The notes beneath the pieces are model-generated. The model saw nothing but the letters and a program-made list of their open reading frames with translations. It searched no databases and was not told where the DNA came from. A stretch of 64,000 nt of DNA from an uncultured Gemmatimonadaceae bacterium (lineage in GTDB: Bacteria; Gemmatimonadota; Gemmatimonadetes; Gemmatimonadales; Gemmatimonadaceae): contig CAWHHI010000011.1 of the NCBI GenBank assembly GCA_963829055.1, positions 480,001 to 544,000 of the forward strand, in the 5' to 3' direction. Position 1 is the stretch's first letter, and each line of letters opens with the position of its first letter. Shown here in pieces: positions 1 to 10,536 of this stretch. The position numbers and the translations under genes were made by a program.

Positions 1-17
1 CACAGGTCGGAAAGTAG

Positions 18-159
18 GTCATTCGGCGAGCGGGTGCATCGGCGAGCCCGGAGGCGCGGAGTCGAGGAATCGCGATCCTACCGGGTCGAGGCCCTCTATC
101 CGAGCGATCGCGATTCCTCGACTGCGCGTGCGCTCCGCGCACGCTCCGCTCGGAATGAC
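18..159. repeat. REP-like palindromic element, family A (GTCATTC...GGAATGAC)
   Basis: Termini GTCATTC/GGAATGAC and inner inverted pair GTCGAGGAATCGCGATC / GATCGCGATTCCTCGAC; near-identical layout at 43685-43807; lies directly after the esterase stop codon. Confidence 0.8.
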
Positions 160-162
160 ACC

Positions 163-883
163 CTAGTCATGCCCGCCGATGTACAGGCCGATCATCTTCT
201 CCCAGATCGGCCAGTCGTGCGCGTGGCCGTTCCAGATGCGCAGCGCGTTGCCGATCCCCTTCTCCCAGAGGATCCGCGAGAACTCCCGATTGTTCTCGTA
301 CATCGGGTCGCCCTGGCCGATCGCGAAGATGAGGTCCTGCGCCCGGAACGCGGCCAGGCGTCCCGGATCGTGCTCGTGCTGCATGAAGTCGAACGGGTTG
401 CAGGCGTAGACGTTCGTCGTCCGAGTAGCCGCCCGTGAACCGCTTGATGTCGTAGTTGCCGCTCATCCCGATGATGCGATTCACGCGTTCGGGATAGCGA
501 AAGCCGAAGCTCGCGGCGTGGAACGCGCCGAAGCTCGCGCCGGTCGCGATCACATACGGGTTGTCGTTCCTGGACATCGAGAACGGCAACACCTCGTCGG
601 CGATGTACGACAGGTACTGCAGATGACGCCACGCCTGCGCGCCTGGATGCAGATGCTTGCCGTACCAGCTCTCGTCGTGGACCTGATCCACGCAGTACAG
701 CTGAATCCAGCCGTTGTTGATCTGGTCACGCAGCACTTCGTGCATGCGCCGATCCGGCCATTCGCTGTGCGTCCCCATCGTCGTCGGAAACACGATCACC
801 CGGGCACCGGCGTGACCGATGACCTGCAGGTGCATGTATTTGTTGAGTGACGGACTATGCCACCCGGCGTGTTCGTGGTGCAT
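163..883 (-). CDS. Esterase family alpha/beta hydrolase (frameshift near 415)
   Basis: WHSPSL..GHAGARVIVFPT start, GASFGAFHA nucleophile elbow in ORF 167..883; C-terminal HAHDWPIW in ORF 163..384. Confidence 0.8.
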
Positions 884-888
884 TGTTT

Positions 889-990
889 GGGAACTGGGGA
901 CTGGGGACTAGGGACTACGGCTGGTTGCTGGTCGCTCGTGCTGGTCGCTGGTCGAGAGCTGACGGCGGGCTGATGACCCGGGTCATGGCC
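889..990. repeat. Composite heptamer-repeat element (GGGGACT block, CTGGTTGCTGG block, GCTGATG-like block)
   Basis: Tandem GGGGACT variants followed by CTGGTTGCTGG variants; same block order at 33725-33835 (inverted) and 36520-36598. Confidence 0.7.
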
Positions 991-995
991 GATGG

Positions 996-1794
996 CTACG
1001 TCTGCAACAGGAATGGCAACGCCTCGCCAAGCCGGCGACCCCAGTCGACCTCGTTGTGGCGACCCTTGGGATCCTCGACCCAGCGCAGCTCACTGCCCAG
1101 CATGTATCCCTTCTCGACGAGCGCATCGCGCATTCGTCGGGCATCGTCCAACGCGACTTTCCCTTCCCGCGCGCCGATATCCAGGTAGATCCGACCAGGA
1201 ACGTGCGCGGCCGATTCCAGCTCTGGAAAAATGCTGCGTCCAGCGAACCACAGCGAGGGGCTCAACACGCCAACGAAGCCGAAGACCGATGGGATTGCGC
1301 AGGTAGGCATACAGCGTGATCAGCCCGCCCATGGATGATCCGACCATCCCCGTATGCGCGCGATCCGGACGCGTGCGGAAGCCGGCGTCGACGAGCGGCT
1401 TGACCGTCCCGATGATCCAGTCGAGGTACAGATCGCCCTTCCCACCACCAACCTTCGCGTCGACGTACGGCGAATACTCGGCGAGCCGGTCCGCGCCCAT
1501 GTTCGGGATGCCGACGACGATCGCCTCGAGCGACCGCTTCCCGGCGCGCTCCATGGCCGTATCGACGCGCCACGGCTCCGCGTAGCTCGTGCGCGGGTCG
1601 AACAGATTCTGCCCGTCATGCATGTAGATGACGGGATACCGGCGCTCCGCGCGCGAGTAGGCGGGCGGGAGCCAGACGGTGAGGTCGCGGCGGTTGCCGA
1701 GTTCGGCGCTCGGGACGTCGGGGAGCGTCACGAGCGTGCCGCGGGCGCGACGCGCGCGGACGCGCGGCCAGAGCGCGCTTCGACGCTGGGTCAC
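996..1794 (-). CDS. Alpha/beta hydrolase (putative esterase; frameshift near 1290)
   Basis: YPVIYMHDGQNLFD, GSSMGG nucleophile motif; C-terminus LSPSLWF...HNEVDWGRRL in ORF 996..1310. Confidence 0.85.
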
Positions 1795-2531
1795 GAGCGA
1801 GGCCGAATTCGGCCTGTCAGTTTCGAAGCCGGAGATACGTCACCACCTGGGTCCGCCTGCCGTACGTAGAGAGCCTGTCGACGGCGGAATCTACACTGAC
1901 CCGGCGGGGCACGGCACGGAGGAGATGCGGGCGGAATTCCGCACGAGGAGGCACCCGTCGGGAGGGGCTTTCCGTGCTCCGCACCGCACCTCCCCGTTAT
2001 GCCATTCTAACGTGCCCTTCGGTGGTGCCCTTCGGGGGAAGGTGACGCGCCCAACGTCAAAGCAGGGCGCGTTCCCACACCGCGAAACCGCGATTTCATG
2101 CGTTAGGCGCGTGGATTCGAACTCAAGGCTGAAGAACGCGACTCTTGACACGCCACGTCCGGCGCACGGCGGCGACAGGCGTTGGTGGAACGCCACACAG
2201 GAGGCAGTACAGAGGCAATGTGCCCGTGCGTGCCGCGGTGCTCAACGTCGCAGAACGCGTGAGTGGTCCGACCACCAATCATCATCGCTGGGATCGCGAG
2301 CGACGATCCGCCCGCGTTAGGCGGGCGCGCGACGCCACGTGTGCCCACGCAGCCGAACCTGGTGCGTCCGTGGACCAGCCCCGACAGCGCCGGCGCTGCA
2401 ATCGCTAGAATCTCCTAATGTCCGGCCAGACCCAGCCCAGACCATAGCGCGCGCCCGTCCCGGCATTACGTTTTTGTCGCAGGCCAACGCCGCTGTCCCG
2501 CGGCGCCCGTCGCACATCCGGGAGCCACCCG

Positions 2532-3741
2532 ATGGACACGACCACCACCGATTGTCCGCTCGCTGTCACGCTCGCGGCGGCCCTCCGCGAGCAGCGCGAC
2601 ATGCTCACGAGCCGTTGGCTGCTGCGCATCGCCGACCGCGTGAATCTGACGCCCAATCGGATCTTTCCATCGGACGACCTCATTGACCACGTGCCGCTGC
2701 TGCTCCTCGGCATCGCGGACTACATTGAGGATCCGGCGCGCCCCGTACTCGCGGAGACGCCCGTCATCGCGAAGGCCATGGAGCTCGGCGCGTTGCGTCA
2801 TACGCAGGGCTTCGACGAACATCAGCTGCTCAAGGAATACGAGATCCTGGGTGGCATTCTCTTTCAGTTCGTCGCCGATACCGTCACCGAGATCGGGACC
2901 GAGTGCACACCCAGTGAGTTGGTGACCTGTGCCAGCCGACTCTTTCAGGCCATCGCCGTGATCCAGCAAGCGACGACGACCCAGTTCCTCATGCTGGCGC
3001 GCGCGCAGATCACGGAGCGTGAGGATCGACTGCGCACGTTCAACCGCACGCTCACGCACGAGCTCCGGAATCGCATCGGCGCAGCGCTCGGTGCGGCGCA
3101 GATCATGGACATGCCCGACATCGACCCGAGCGAGCGGCAGCGATTGAACGACGTCGTGATGCGGAACGTCGAGAGCATGCGCGTGGTGCTCGACAACCTG
3201 CTCGTGCTCACCGGGATCCCGATCGACACGCGACAGCAGCGTCACGTGCACTTGCCGGAAGCGGCGCAGGAAGCAGCACGTCAGGTGCGCGCGGCGGCGC
3301 GAGCGAAGAACGTCGCGATTCGCGTCGACCCGCTGCTGCCGGCCGTCGAGGTGAGCGCGGCAGCGGTGGAGCTCTGCCTAACGAATCTGCTGGCGAACGC
3401 GATCAAGTACTCCGACCCCGACGCGAGCGACCGGTGGGTCGAGGTCCGCGGTCGCCTCGAAACGCGCGACGGCGAACCGACGGAAGTCATCGTCGAAGTC
3501 GTGGACAACGGCATTGGCGTGCCGCCCGAGCGCGCGGTCGCGTCTCTTCCAGCGCTTCTTCCGCGCGCACGAAGGCGCGATGCCCGACATCGAGGGCACC
3601 GGCCTCGGGCTCAGCATCATCCGCGATACGGTCGGCGGACTTGGCGGACGCGCGTGGGCCGAGTTTCCGGAGAAGGGATCGACGTTCGCGTTCTCGCTGC
3701 CGTGCCGGCGCGAGACCGATGCCGACGCGCTGCTGGCCTAA
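2532..3741 (+). CDS. Sensor histidine kinase with N-terminal RsbRD_N-like helical domain (frameshift near 3537)
   Basis: THELRNRI H-box, NLLANAIKY N-box, DNGIG G1; GTGLGLSI G2 in ORF 3514..3741; N-terminal LGALRHTQGFD pattern. Confidence 0.85.
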
Positions 3742-3772
3742 CGCCGCCAGCGGTTGGGCTGAACGCCCAGCG

Positions 3773-4223
3773 TCAGGGGTTGGGCGTTCGCACCGGCTCC
3801 CGATCCACCGAAACGCGATCGTCGTGGTGCACGCGCCACTCGCTCGCCGGCGCAGTCCCGGCCGCGAGCCGCTCATGGCTCACACCGCTCACTGGCTGAG
3901 CTGACGGCAAGTCGGCCGTCGGCCGTTGTCGGACAGCGAGCCAGACGAGCCAGAGCGCGAGTGGCGGTCCGATGAGCCACGCCATGATCGTCCCGAGTGG
4001 CGCCGAAGCGGCGAGCGTCTTCACGCCTTCTTCGACGACCGTGAAGTGGAAGACGGTGTTCTCGAATCCGGCCGTGATCGTGCCGTGGCCCTCTGGAAGG
4101 TGCGTGGCGCGCCACGACTGCGGGGATTGCCGGACCCAGCGCCACACCAGCGAGCCCGGCCCAGTACGCGGTCCAACTCGCGAGCAGCTGACCTGGACGC
4201 CACCGTCGTATCGAAAGCTCCAT
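3773..4223 (-). CDS. Hypothetical membrane protein (frameshift near 4118)
   Basis: N-terminal hydrophobic helix in ORF 3873..4223 joins a second helix WLIGPPLALWLVWL in ORF 3773..4261. Confidence 0.55.
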
Positions 4224-4284
4224 CGTGAGACCTCCGCGTTTCTCTCGCGCTTCACGCGCATATTACTCGCGTGTCACGCGCGTT

Positions 4285-5383
4285 TCACGTCGCCCAGCGA
4301 ATCTCGCGCTCCGTCGCGTCCTCCTCGAGAAACGCGAGCAGACGCTCCCCTTCCTCGTCCAATGCGGTGCGCACGCGCTTCGTTACCGCGCCGAAGGGCT
4401 CGATGACGAGTACCGCCGTCTTCCGCTTTCGTTCCGACTTCCACGTGCCCGCAACGATTCCATCCACGAGGAACGTCGCGCGCACCTGCAGGTTCTTGAG
4501 CGTGACGCGCGAGCGATGATCGTCGGCGACGATGCGTGTCCGGTCGTCGTGCGACAGCACGAGGTTGTCGAAGTCGGGAACGAAGCGAGCCGGTGCCAGG
4601 ACGTCCTCGTCCGGGCGCGGCGCACTCGGCAAGTCGAACAGCTCGCGCTTCCGCTCGTCGCGGAACGTGACGAGCGACGGCCGAAGCGTCTCGAACACGT
4701 CGCGGAGGCCGTTCATGCCCGACCACGCCTGCGCATCGGCGGGCGTCGCCGGCCCGAATGCGCCGAGGTACCGCAGCACGAGCGCTTCGGCTGACGCCGC
4801 CGAGGTGGAGATGCTGCGGCCGAGCCAGCCGTCGGCGAGCGCGAAATCCGCGGCGGCGGGAAATGCCCAGAGCGCGTCGGTCGGCACCTGCACGAGCGGC
4901 AGATGGGTGCGGACGGCATAACCCATCGCCCGTTCGTCGCCGTCGGGAAACTTCTGGACGAGGTGATTCCGCAGCGCGTCGAACGTTGCTGGCGTCTTGC
5001 CGAAGAACCGCCGCGCCTCCGCGATCACGGCGTCCATGTCGAACGTCGACGTGCGGTCGCGAAGGATGGACTGCGCGCCGCGCGTCAGCATCGGATGCAG
5101 GACGCCACGCATCGCGGCGTAATCGGCGGTGGTCATGAGGTGCAGCGTGCCGCGCATCGCGGTGACCCGAACGATGGTGCGCTCCTGCAGCGCGCGGGCG
5201 AGCTCGGCTCGTTGGAACCCCTGCACGCGCGTCCACAGTCCGACGAACGGTGGTCGCGCCACCTGCGCCTGCATCCCGACGAGTCGCGCGACGCCATCGA
5301 CCGCGGTGGAGGTCCTCGCGCTCGAGCAGCATCTGGCGCGCGAGCAGCGCGCGGTTGAGGGCGCGCCTGGTGAGCGTGGTCAT
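4285..5383 (-). CDS. HTH_42 winged-helix protein, AlkZ-like DNA glycosylase (frameshift near 5312)
   Basis: LNRALLARQMLLER start, QAQ motif, MRGTLH, RYLGAFGPAT, FDNLVLSH, LVDGIVAGTW. Confidence 0.85.
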
Positions 5384-5428
5384 GTGATGCGGGAAGTCTG
5401 CAGAGTCGTCAGCCCGAGCGGCGGCGTT

Positions 5429-5534
5429 GTCATCCCGAGGAGCAACAGCGACGAGGGATCTTCTCGAACGTCATCGTGGCCGGCCCTAGCTACGATACCA
5501 TCACAGGAGATCCCTCGCTGCGCTCGCGGATGAC
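5429..5534. repeat. REP-like palindromic element, family B (GTCATCCCGAG...GGATGAC)
   Basis: Inverted termini, inner GAGGGATC/GATCCCTC pair; spacer matches the reverse complement of the 35820-35930 copy. Confidence 0.75.
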
Positions 5535-5538
5535 AATC

Positions 5539-6366
5539 CTACCAGCGGCGCGCGAAGCCAGCGCCGACGAAGTAATCCGTATCGGCCCCGTTGAAGCCGA
5601 CGCCCGCGCGAACGTCCAGCTGAAAGTTTGGCGTCAGGCCCGCCGTGAGGCCCGCGTTCCCGTACGCGCTGCGCGACGCCCCATCGAGCCTCGGATCGAA
5701 GCCGAAGACCTCGGCGTACATGCCGTAGCGCTCGGTGAGCGACACGCCTAACGATCCACTCGCCGCCCACTCCATGTACCGCTGACTCTCCTCCACCCCC
5801 CACCTGGCGTTGAGATTCGCGCCGAACGAGAGACGCTCGCTGAGCGTCCAGCTCGTCGCGAGCTTTGCCTCGGGTTGCATCGCTTGCTGCCGGAACACGG
5901 CGCTGCCCGTCGGCACACTCGTCGCGGCGAGGAGCGACACCGAGGGGACAAAGGACGGTTTCTCCGGCCCATCGTGCAGCCGGACCTTCATCCCCACGGC
6001 CGCATCCTCGAAACCGTCCACGTCGCCGTCGGGCGACGTGATCGTCGAGTACGACCCGATGTCCAGCCGAAGCTCTGCGCGTTGAGCAACGCCAATCCGC
6101 ACCAACGCCTCACCGGCGGTGTTGATCGTGTACGCATTGATACGCGTGAGCGTGTAACCGCCCTCGAGTTGCACGCGTTTCGGCGCTACGGTTTCGACCG
6201 CCTCCGTGAAGTCCGGGCGATCGGACACGAGCGCGACCTCACCCGGTCGAGCGGTCGCGCAGCCAGCGCTGAACCCTAACGCGACGACGAACGCGACGTG
6301 GCGCGGGACGCCACCACGACCAAAAACACGACGCGTGTTGTGCGACTCGCGGTCGGTTGGGTTCAC
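5539..6366 (-). CDS. Outer-membrane beta-barrel 'transporter' (Phenol_MetA_deg-like)
   Basis: Lipoprotein-like signal (SAGC), DRPDFTE motif, alternating beta strands, C-terminal W; true start may lie ~25 codons downstream. Confidence 0.75.
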   Translation of the reverse strand: MNPTDRESHNTRRVFGRGGVPRHVAFVVALGFSAGCATARPGEVALVSDRPDFTEAVETVAPKRVQLEGGYTLTRINAYTINTAGEALVRIGVAQRAELRLDIGSYSTITSPDGDVDGFEDAAVGMKVRLHDGPEKPSFVPSVSLLAATSVPTGSAVFRQQAMQPEAKLATSWTLSERLSFGANLNARWGVEESQRYMEWAASGSLGVSLTERYGMYAEVFGFDPRLDGASRSAYGNAGLTAGLTPNFQLDVRAGVGFNGADTDYFVGAGFARRW

Positions 6367-8592
6367 CGGTCGACCAGCGATTCGGCCGGCGCGGCAACGA
6401 ACCCGAGCCTGACGGCGATCGCGCAGAGACGTGCATCCGCCAGGCGTTCCGTGTCAGGGAACGCGTCGTGAAAGCGAGTCTGCACGTCGAACGGGATGTG
6501 CAGTTGCTCCAGCTCGAACAGATCGAGCAGTGCCGCGACCCGTTCGATGTCAGCGTCACTCGAGTCTTCCCTCAATCGCGTAACCGCGTCGAGGAGCGCG
6601 CTCGTCAGCTTCGCGCTGGTCTCGCCCGCTGGTGAGATGGCGCTCGTCGGTCCCGAACGCCGCGGTCACGAGCCGACGACGAATCCCCTGCACCACCACG
6701 TCGCGCTGCCGTTCCGTCATCTCCGCGAGCGTGAGCTCGATCGGCGCATGTGGCGCCGAGTCTCGCGACGCGACGCGCACGTGCGCGATGACGCTCGATG
6801 GCGCGTGGTGGCCGGCTCCGTTTCCTGGTGCATTCCCCAGTGCGCTGGATGGAACGCCCGTCACGTCCACGGCGAACACCGAGCGCTCCCCGGTGCGGCG
6901 CTGCGTCACCGTGATCCCGTCGTCCGACGCCGCCACCTCGAGCGCCTTCGCGGTCGCACGCCATCGTTCGTCGTTAGGCGCGACGGCGTGCGCCGCAGCC
7001 ACCGAGCCTGCGAGCCGCGTTACCTGATCGATATGCGGCTTGGCCATCGTCAGATAGACATCGCGGCCGGTGCCGATGCCGGGATCGTTGCTCTGTGCGG
7101 TCGCGAGGCGAGCGAGGAGCGCATCCTCGAGCCGCGCGCCGTCCGGGCCCGCGAGCTCGATCGCCCGGGCCGCATATCGCAGCACCTCGATGGGCTCGAG
7201 GCCGCCAATGTCATCGAAGAACCACGCGCACGACGTGAAGATCCGCAGCGCACCGCGTTCCATCTCCAGCAAGGACTGGGGACTCGGGACCGGGGACTGG
7301 GAAACGTCGCCTCGTGCACGCGGCGCGATTCGCTCGGCCACCCATTGAGAGATGCGTTCGGGCGTTCCGACGACCTCGCCGTAGGCATCACGCACGGCCC
7401 ACGGGTCATCGAAGTAGCGGCGCGCCTCACGCTCATAGACCGCGTGAATGCCGTCGGCGAGCTCTGCGATCGCCTCGCGCAGCGGAGCGCGCCACGCCTG
7501 ACTCGTTCCCTGGTGCATGCGACAGCTGCAGTCCGATCGCCACCGCTCCACACCGTGCGCACAACTCCACGCACTCGGCGCCACGATCTCGACGTCATCC
7601 GTCGCCGGATGCTTCGCGAGATACGAGGCGTAGTTCCCGACGTCGACGTGCTTCGTCGCCTGCAGGTCGAGCACCACGCGCGCGAGCGCCATCTCCGAGA
7701 ACCGATGGTGGTGTCCGTACGTCTCGCCGTCGGTTGCCGCGGACACGAGGCGATGCCGCCCACGGGCATGGTCGGCTGGGTCCGCGATGGCGAGCATCTC
7801 GCCCGTCGTGAGCGGGCGAGTCCCGCCGTCGCTCTTGGGATCCGGCTCCCAGTGCGCGGCGCCGACCAGTCCGCCGTCACGCGGCGTGCGCCGTCGATCG
7901 CCACGCGCGAGCATGCGCTTCGCCCACACGTTCGCGTCCCGCAGCAGCCCACCGAACGCGATGCCGTGCGAGATGTCGCCGTCGTAGATGCACAGCGTGA
8001 TCGTGCGGCCGTTGCTCGTGGTATAGCGCCCGGGGTGTCCATCGTTAGGCACCGATTTCACCTGCCCCGGCGCCACGACCGTGAAGCGCATGCCTTCCTG
8101 CGCGAGCACGTCGAGGGTCTCGTCGTCCAGCGCGGTTTCCGGCAGCCACATGCCTTCGGGGTCCCGCCCGAACCGCCGACGAAAATCGGCGATCCCCCAC
8201 CGCACTTCCGTGACCTTGTCGCGGCGGCTACTCAGTGGAAGGATCGCGTGGTGATAGGGCTGCGCGATGGCGTTACCGTGGCCGAGCCGCGCGAGGCTCT
8301 TGCGGTCGGCGTCGAGAACGCGCGCGTACGTGTCCGGCGCCGCGTGCTCCAGCCACTCGAGCAGCGTCGGCCCGAAGTTGAAGCTGATGTACTCGAGGGT
8401 GTTGACGATCTGGCTGATGCGCCCGTCCGGCGCGAGCACGCGCGCCGCGACGACGGTGCGGTAGCTCTCCTGCTCGATGCGGGAGTTCCAGTCGTGGTGC
8501 GGCGCGGCCGACGCCTCGCGCTCGATCTCTTCGAGCCACGGGTTCTCGCGCGGCGGTTGATAGAAGTGGCCGTGAATGACGATCGAACGCAT
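6363..8592 (-). CDS. GH57-family DUF3536 domain protein (frameshift near 6635)
   Basis: IHGHFYQPPRENPW, GMWLPET, ATDGETYGHH, WSCAHGVERWRSDC, FTSCAWFFDD; C-terminus continues in ORF 6363..6575. Confidence 0.85.
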
Positions 8593-8665
8593 GAACGGGA
8601 ATCGGAATGGCGGAATGGCGAACGGCGGACAGCGGTGCTGCGAGCGCGCGATGGTATCCTGCAAC

Positions 8666-10402
8666 CTATCGTGATGCCACGATCCTGCCCGCCGTCCGCC
8701 CGTCCCGCCCGATTCCCGATTCCCGATTCCCGATTCCCGACAGCACCGCTTTCACCGACTCCAGCACATCCGGAAACACATCGTCCTGCGTCCGCAGCTC
8801 GAGCGCGACATTCGTGGCGCGCTGGAGGTCGCCGGAAGCGAGGCCGTCCTCGATCGCGTCGATCAGGCGATCGCACGCGTCGGCATGCCCGTTGAAGCGC
8901 TTGATACCGTAGTCCGTCACCGCGCCCGTCGAGATGATGAACTGCCAGTCCGAAGACTGCACGAGCAGCAGCTCGCGTGCAGCCTGCGCGAGCGCGTCGT
9001 ACGCTGACGGCAACTCGATCGCCTCGCGCGCCATCGTCCAGAACCGCTCCTCGATGGTCCAGATCCTCGGCCACGTCCAGGCCGTCTGGGCGTTGAGCCA
9101 CATGCTGAAATCGCCGTTCGCGCCCCATGATCCGGTCGCGAGCCGCAGGCCGGTTCTCGCGCGGAACGTGTCGAGGTGCGTCGAGGCTGTCGCCGGCCTC
9201 ACGTTAGGTTGCTCCCGCAGCGCACGGTATACGTTGCCGAGAAATTCCGGGCCCTCGTACCACCAGTGGCCAAACAGCTCCGTGTCGAACGGCGCGACGA
9301 CGACGCCTCGGCGATGCGCCGGGTGCGTCGCCGCGATCGTCGCCAGCAGGCTCGCGAAGTGCGCGGCGTGCGCGGATGTCATGGCACTCGCGGTTGGCGG
9401 GTCGTATGGCTCCTTCTGACCAAGGTCAACGCCATTGCCCGTGACGCGCCACAGCTTCAGCCCGCCCGGCCAGCGGATCTTGTGGAACTCGAGGTAGCGT
9501 CCGTCGCCCGGATAGCCCTGGAAACGACTCCACACCTGTGCCGACGACTCCGGATCGCGGATGAACGCCGCCACGGTCTCGGACGTGTACGCCGACGTCA
9601 CGCGATAGGCGCGATACGGCGTCCGTGTCGCCTCCCACTGCGCGTCGGCCGACGCGACGTGCTCCAGTTCATTCGCCACCACCTGCCCATAGAGGCCGAG
9701 TGGGCTGCCGGCCCGCGCCATGTGCGCGTCGGCGAAGAAGAACCGGAACCCCGCATCCGCGAGGTATTCCTCGATGCCCGGGCGCGGTCCGGTGTCCGGA
9801 GCGTTAGGCAGCGGCTTCCATGGGCCGCGCGGGCGATACGCGCACTCCGGCAGCCAGCACCCGCGCGGCGCTTGGCCGAAGAGCCGCTTGTGCTCGCGCT
9901 GTCCGACGTCGAGCTGGAGTTGAATGCTCTCGTCGCGCGCGAGGAGCGGCAGGAACGCGTGCGTCGCCGCGGACCCGATGATCTCGAGCCGGCCGCGCGC
10001 CTCGAAGTCGCGGAAGACCGAGATGATGTCGCCATCGATCGAACGGAACAGTGCGCGCAACCGCGTGAGCCGTTCGCGCCAGTAGTCGACGAGCGGAATC
10101 AGGTACGTATCGCCCGTTTCCCGAAGCGATGCGGGCGCCTCATCGCAATGCGTCAGGCGCTGCTCGAAGTACAGCTCGAGCTCCGCACGGAACGCGTCGC
10201 TCGCCAACTGGTTGGCGAGCACTGGCGTGAACCCGATCGTGACGGGCGCCGTGACGCCTTCGGCTTCCATCGCCCGCAGCGTTTCGACCAGCGGCAGGTA
10301 CGTGTCGATCGCTGCCTCGGTGAGCCAGTCGCTGCCATGTGGCCAGCGACCGTGATTCAAGACGTACGGCAGATGACTATGTAGAGCGAAAACGAAATCC
10401 AT
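8666..10402 (-). CDS. GH57 1,4-alpha-glucan branching enzyme (DUF1957 domain)
   Basis: HSHLPYV, WLPECAY, YLEFHK, PFDTELFGHWW, QSSDWQF motifs. Confidence 0.9.
   Translation of the reverse strand: MDFVFALHSHLPYVLNHGRWPHGSDWLTEAAIDTYLPLVETLRAMEAEGVTAPVTIGFTPVLANQLASDAFRAELELYFEQRLTHCDEAPASLRETGDTYLIPLVDYWRERLTRLRALFRSIDGDIISVFRDFEARGRLEIIGSAATHAFLPLLARDESIQLQLDVGQREHKRLFGQAPRGCWLPECAYRPRGPWKPLPNAPDTGPRPGIEEYLADAGFRFFFADAHMARAGSPLGLYGQVVANELEHVASADAQWEATRTPYRAYRVTSAYTSETVAAFIRDPESSAQVWSRFQGYPGDGRYLEFHKIRWPGGLKLWRVTGNGVDLGQKEPYDPPTASAMTSAHAAHFASLLATIAATHPAHRRGVVVAPFDTELFGHWWYEGPEFLGNVYRALREQPNVRPATASTHLDTFRARTGLRLATGSWGANGDFSMWLNAQTAWTWPRIWTIEERFWTMAREAIELPSAYDALAQAARELLLVQSSDWQFIISTGAVTDYGIKRFNGHADACDRLIDAIEDGLASGDLQRATNVALELRTQDDVFPDVLESVKAVLSGIGNRESGIGRDGRTAGRIVASR
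8707..8740. repeat. Tandem heptamer (CCCGATT)n overlapping the 3' end of the branching enzyme gene
   Basis: CCCGATT about 4.5 times; same unit at 12392-12424. Confidence 0.8.
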
Positions 10403-10420
10403 TGTTCCTTGCCGACTGCG

Positions 10421-10523
10421 CTGGTGGCTGGGTGGTTATGCTCGTGGCTGGATGACGCTGGGTGTCAGCAACAAGCCGCAACCAGCGTCACCCAGCCACC
10501 AGCACGACCACCCAGCACCCAGC
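10421..10523. repeat. Imperfect hairpin built from CTGG(T/G)TG / CACCCAG repeats
   Basis: Left arm CTGGTGGCTGGGTGG...GACGCTGGGTG pairs with right arm CAACCAGCGTCACCCAGCCACCAGCACGACCACCCAGC; right arm is near-identical to the reverse complement of 36547-36594. Confidence 0.75.
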
Positions 10524-10536
10524 TTCAGTTCAACTG

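Noticed and set aside
1..22. Possible start of a further minus-strand gene (MTYFPTC) at the window edge
   Set aside because: Too short to assess, and the ATG is part of the REP-like GTCAT terminus
1795..2531. Small ORFs in the ~740-bp divergent intergenic region
   Set aside because: None has recognisable motifs or convincing codon usage; a frameshifted small gene cannot be excluded
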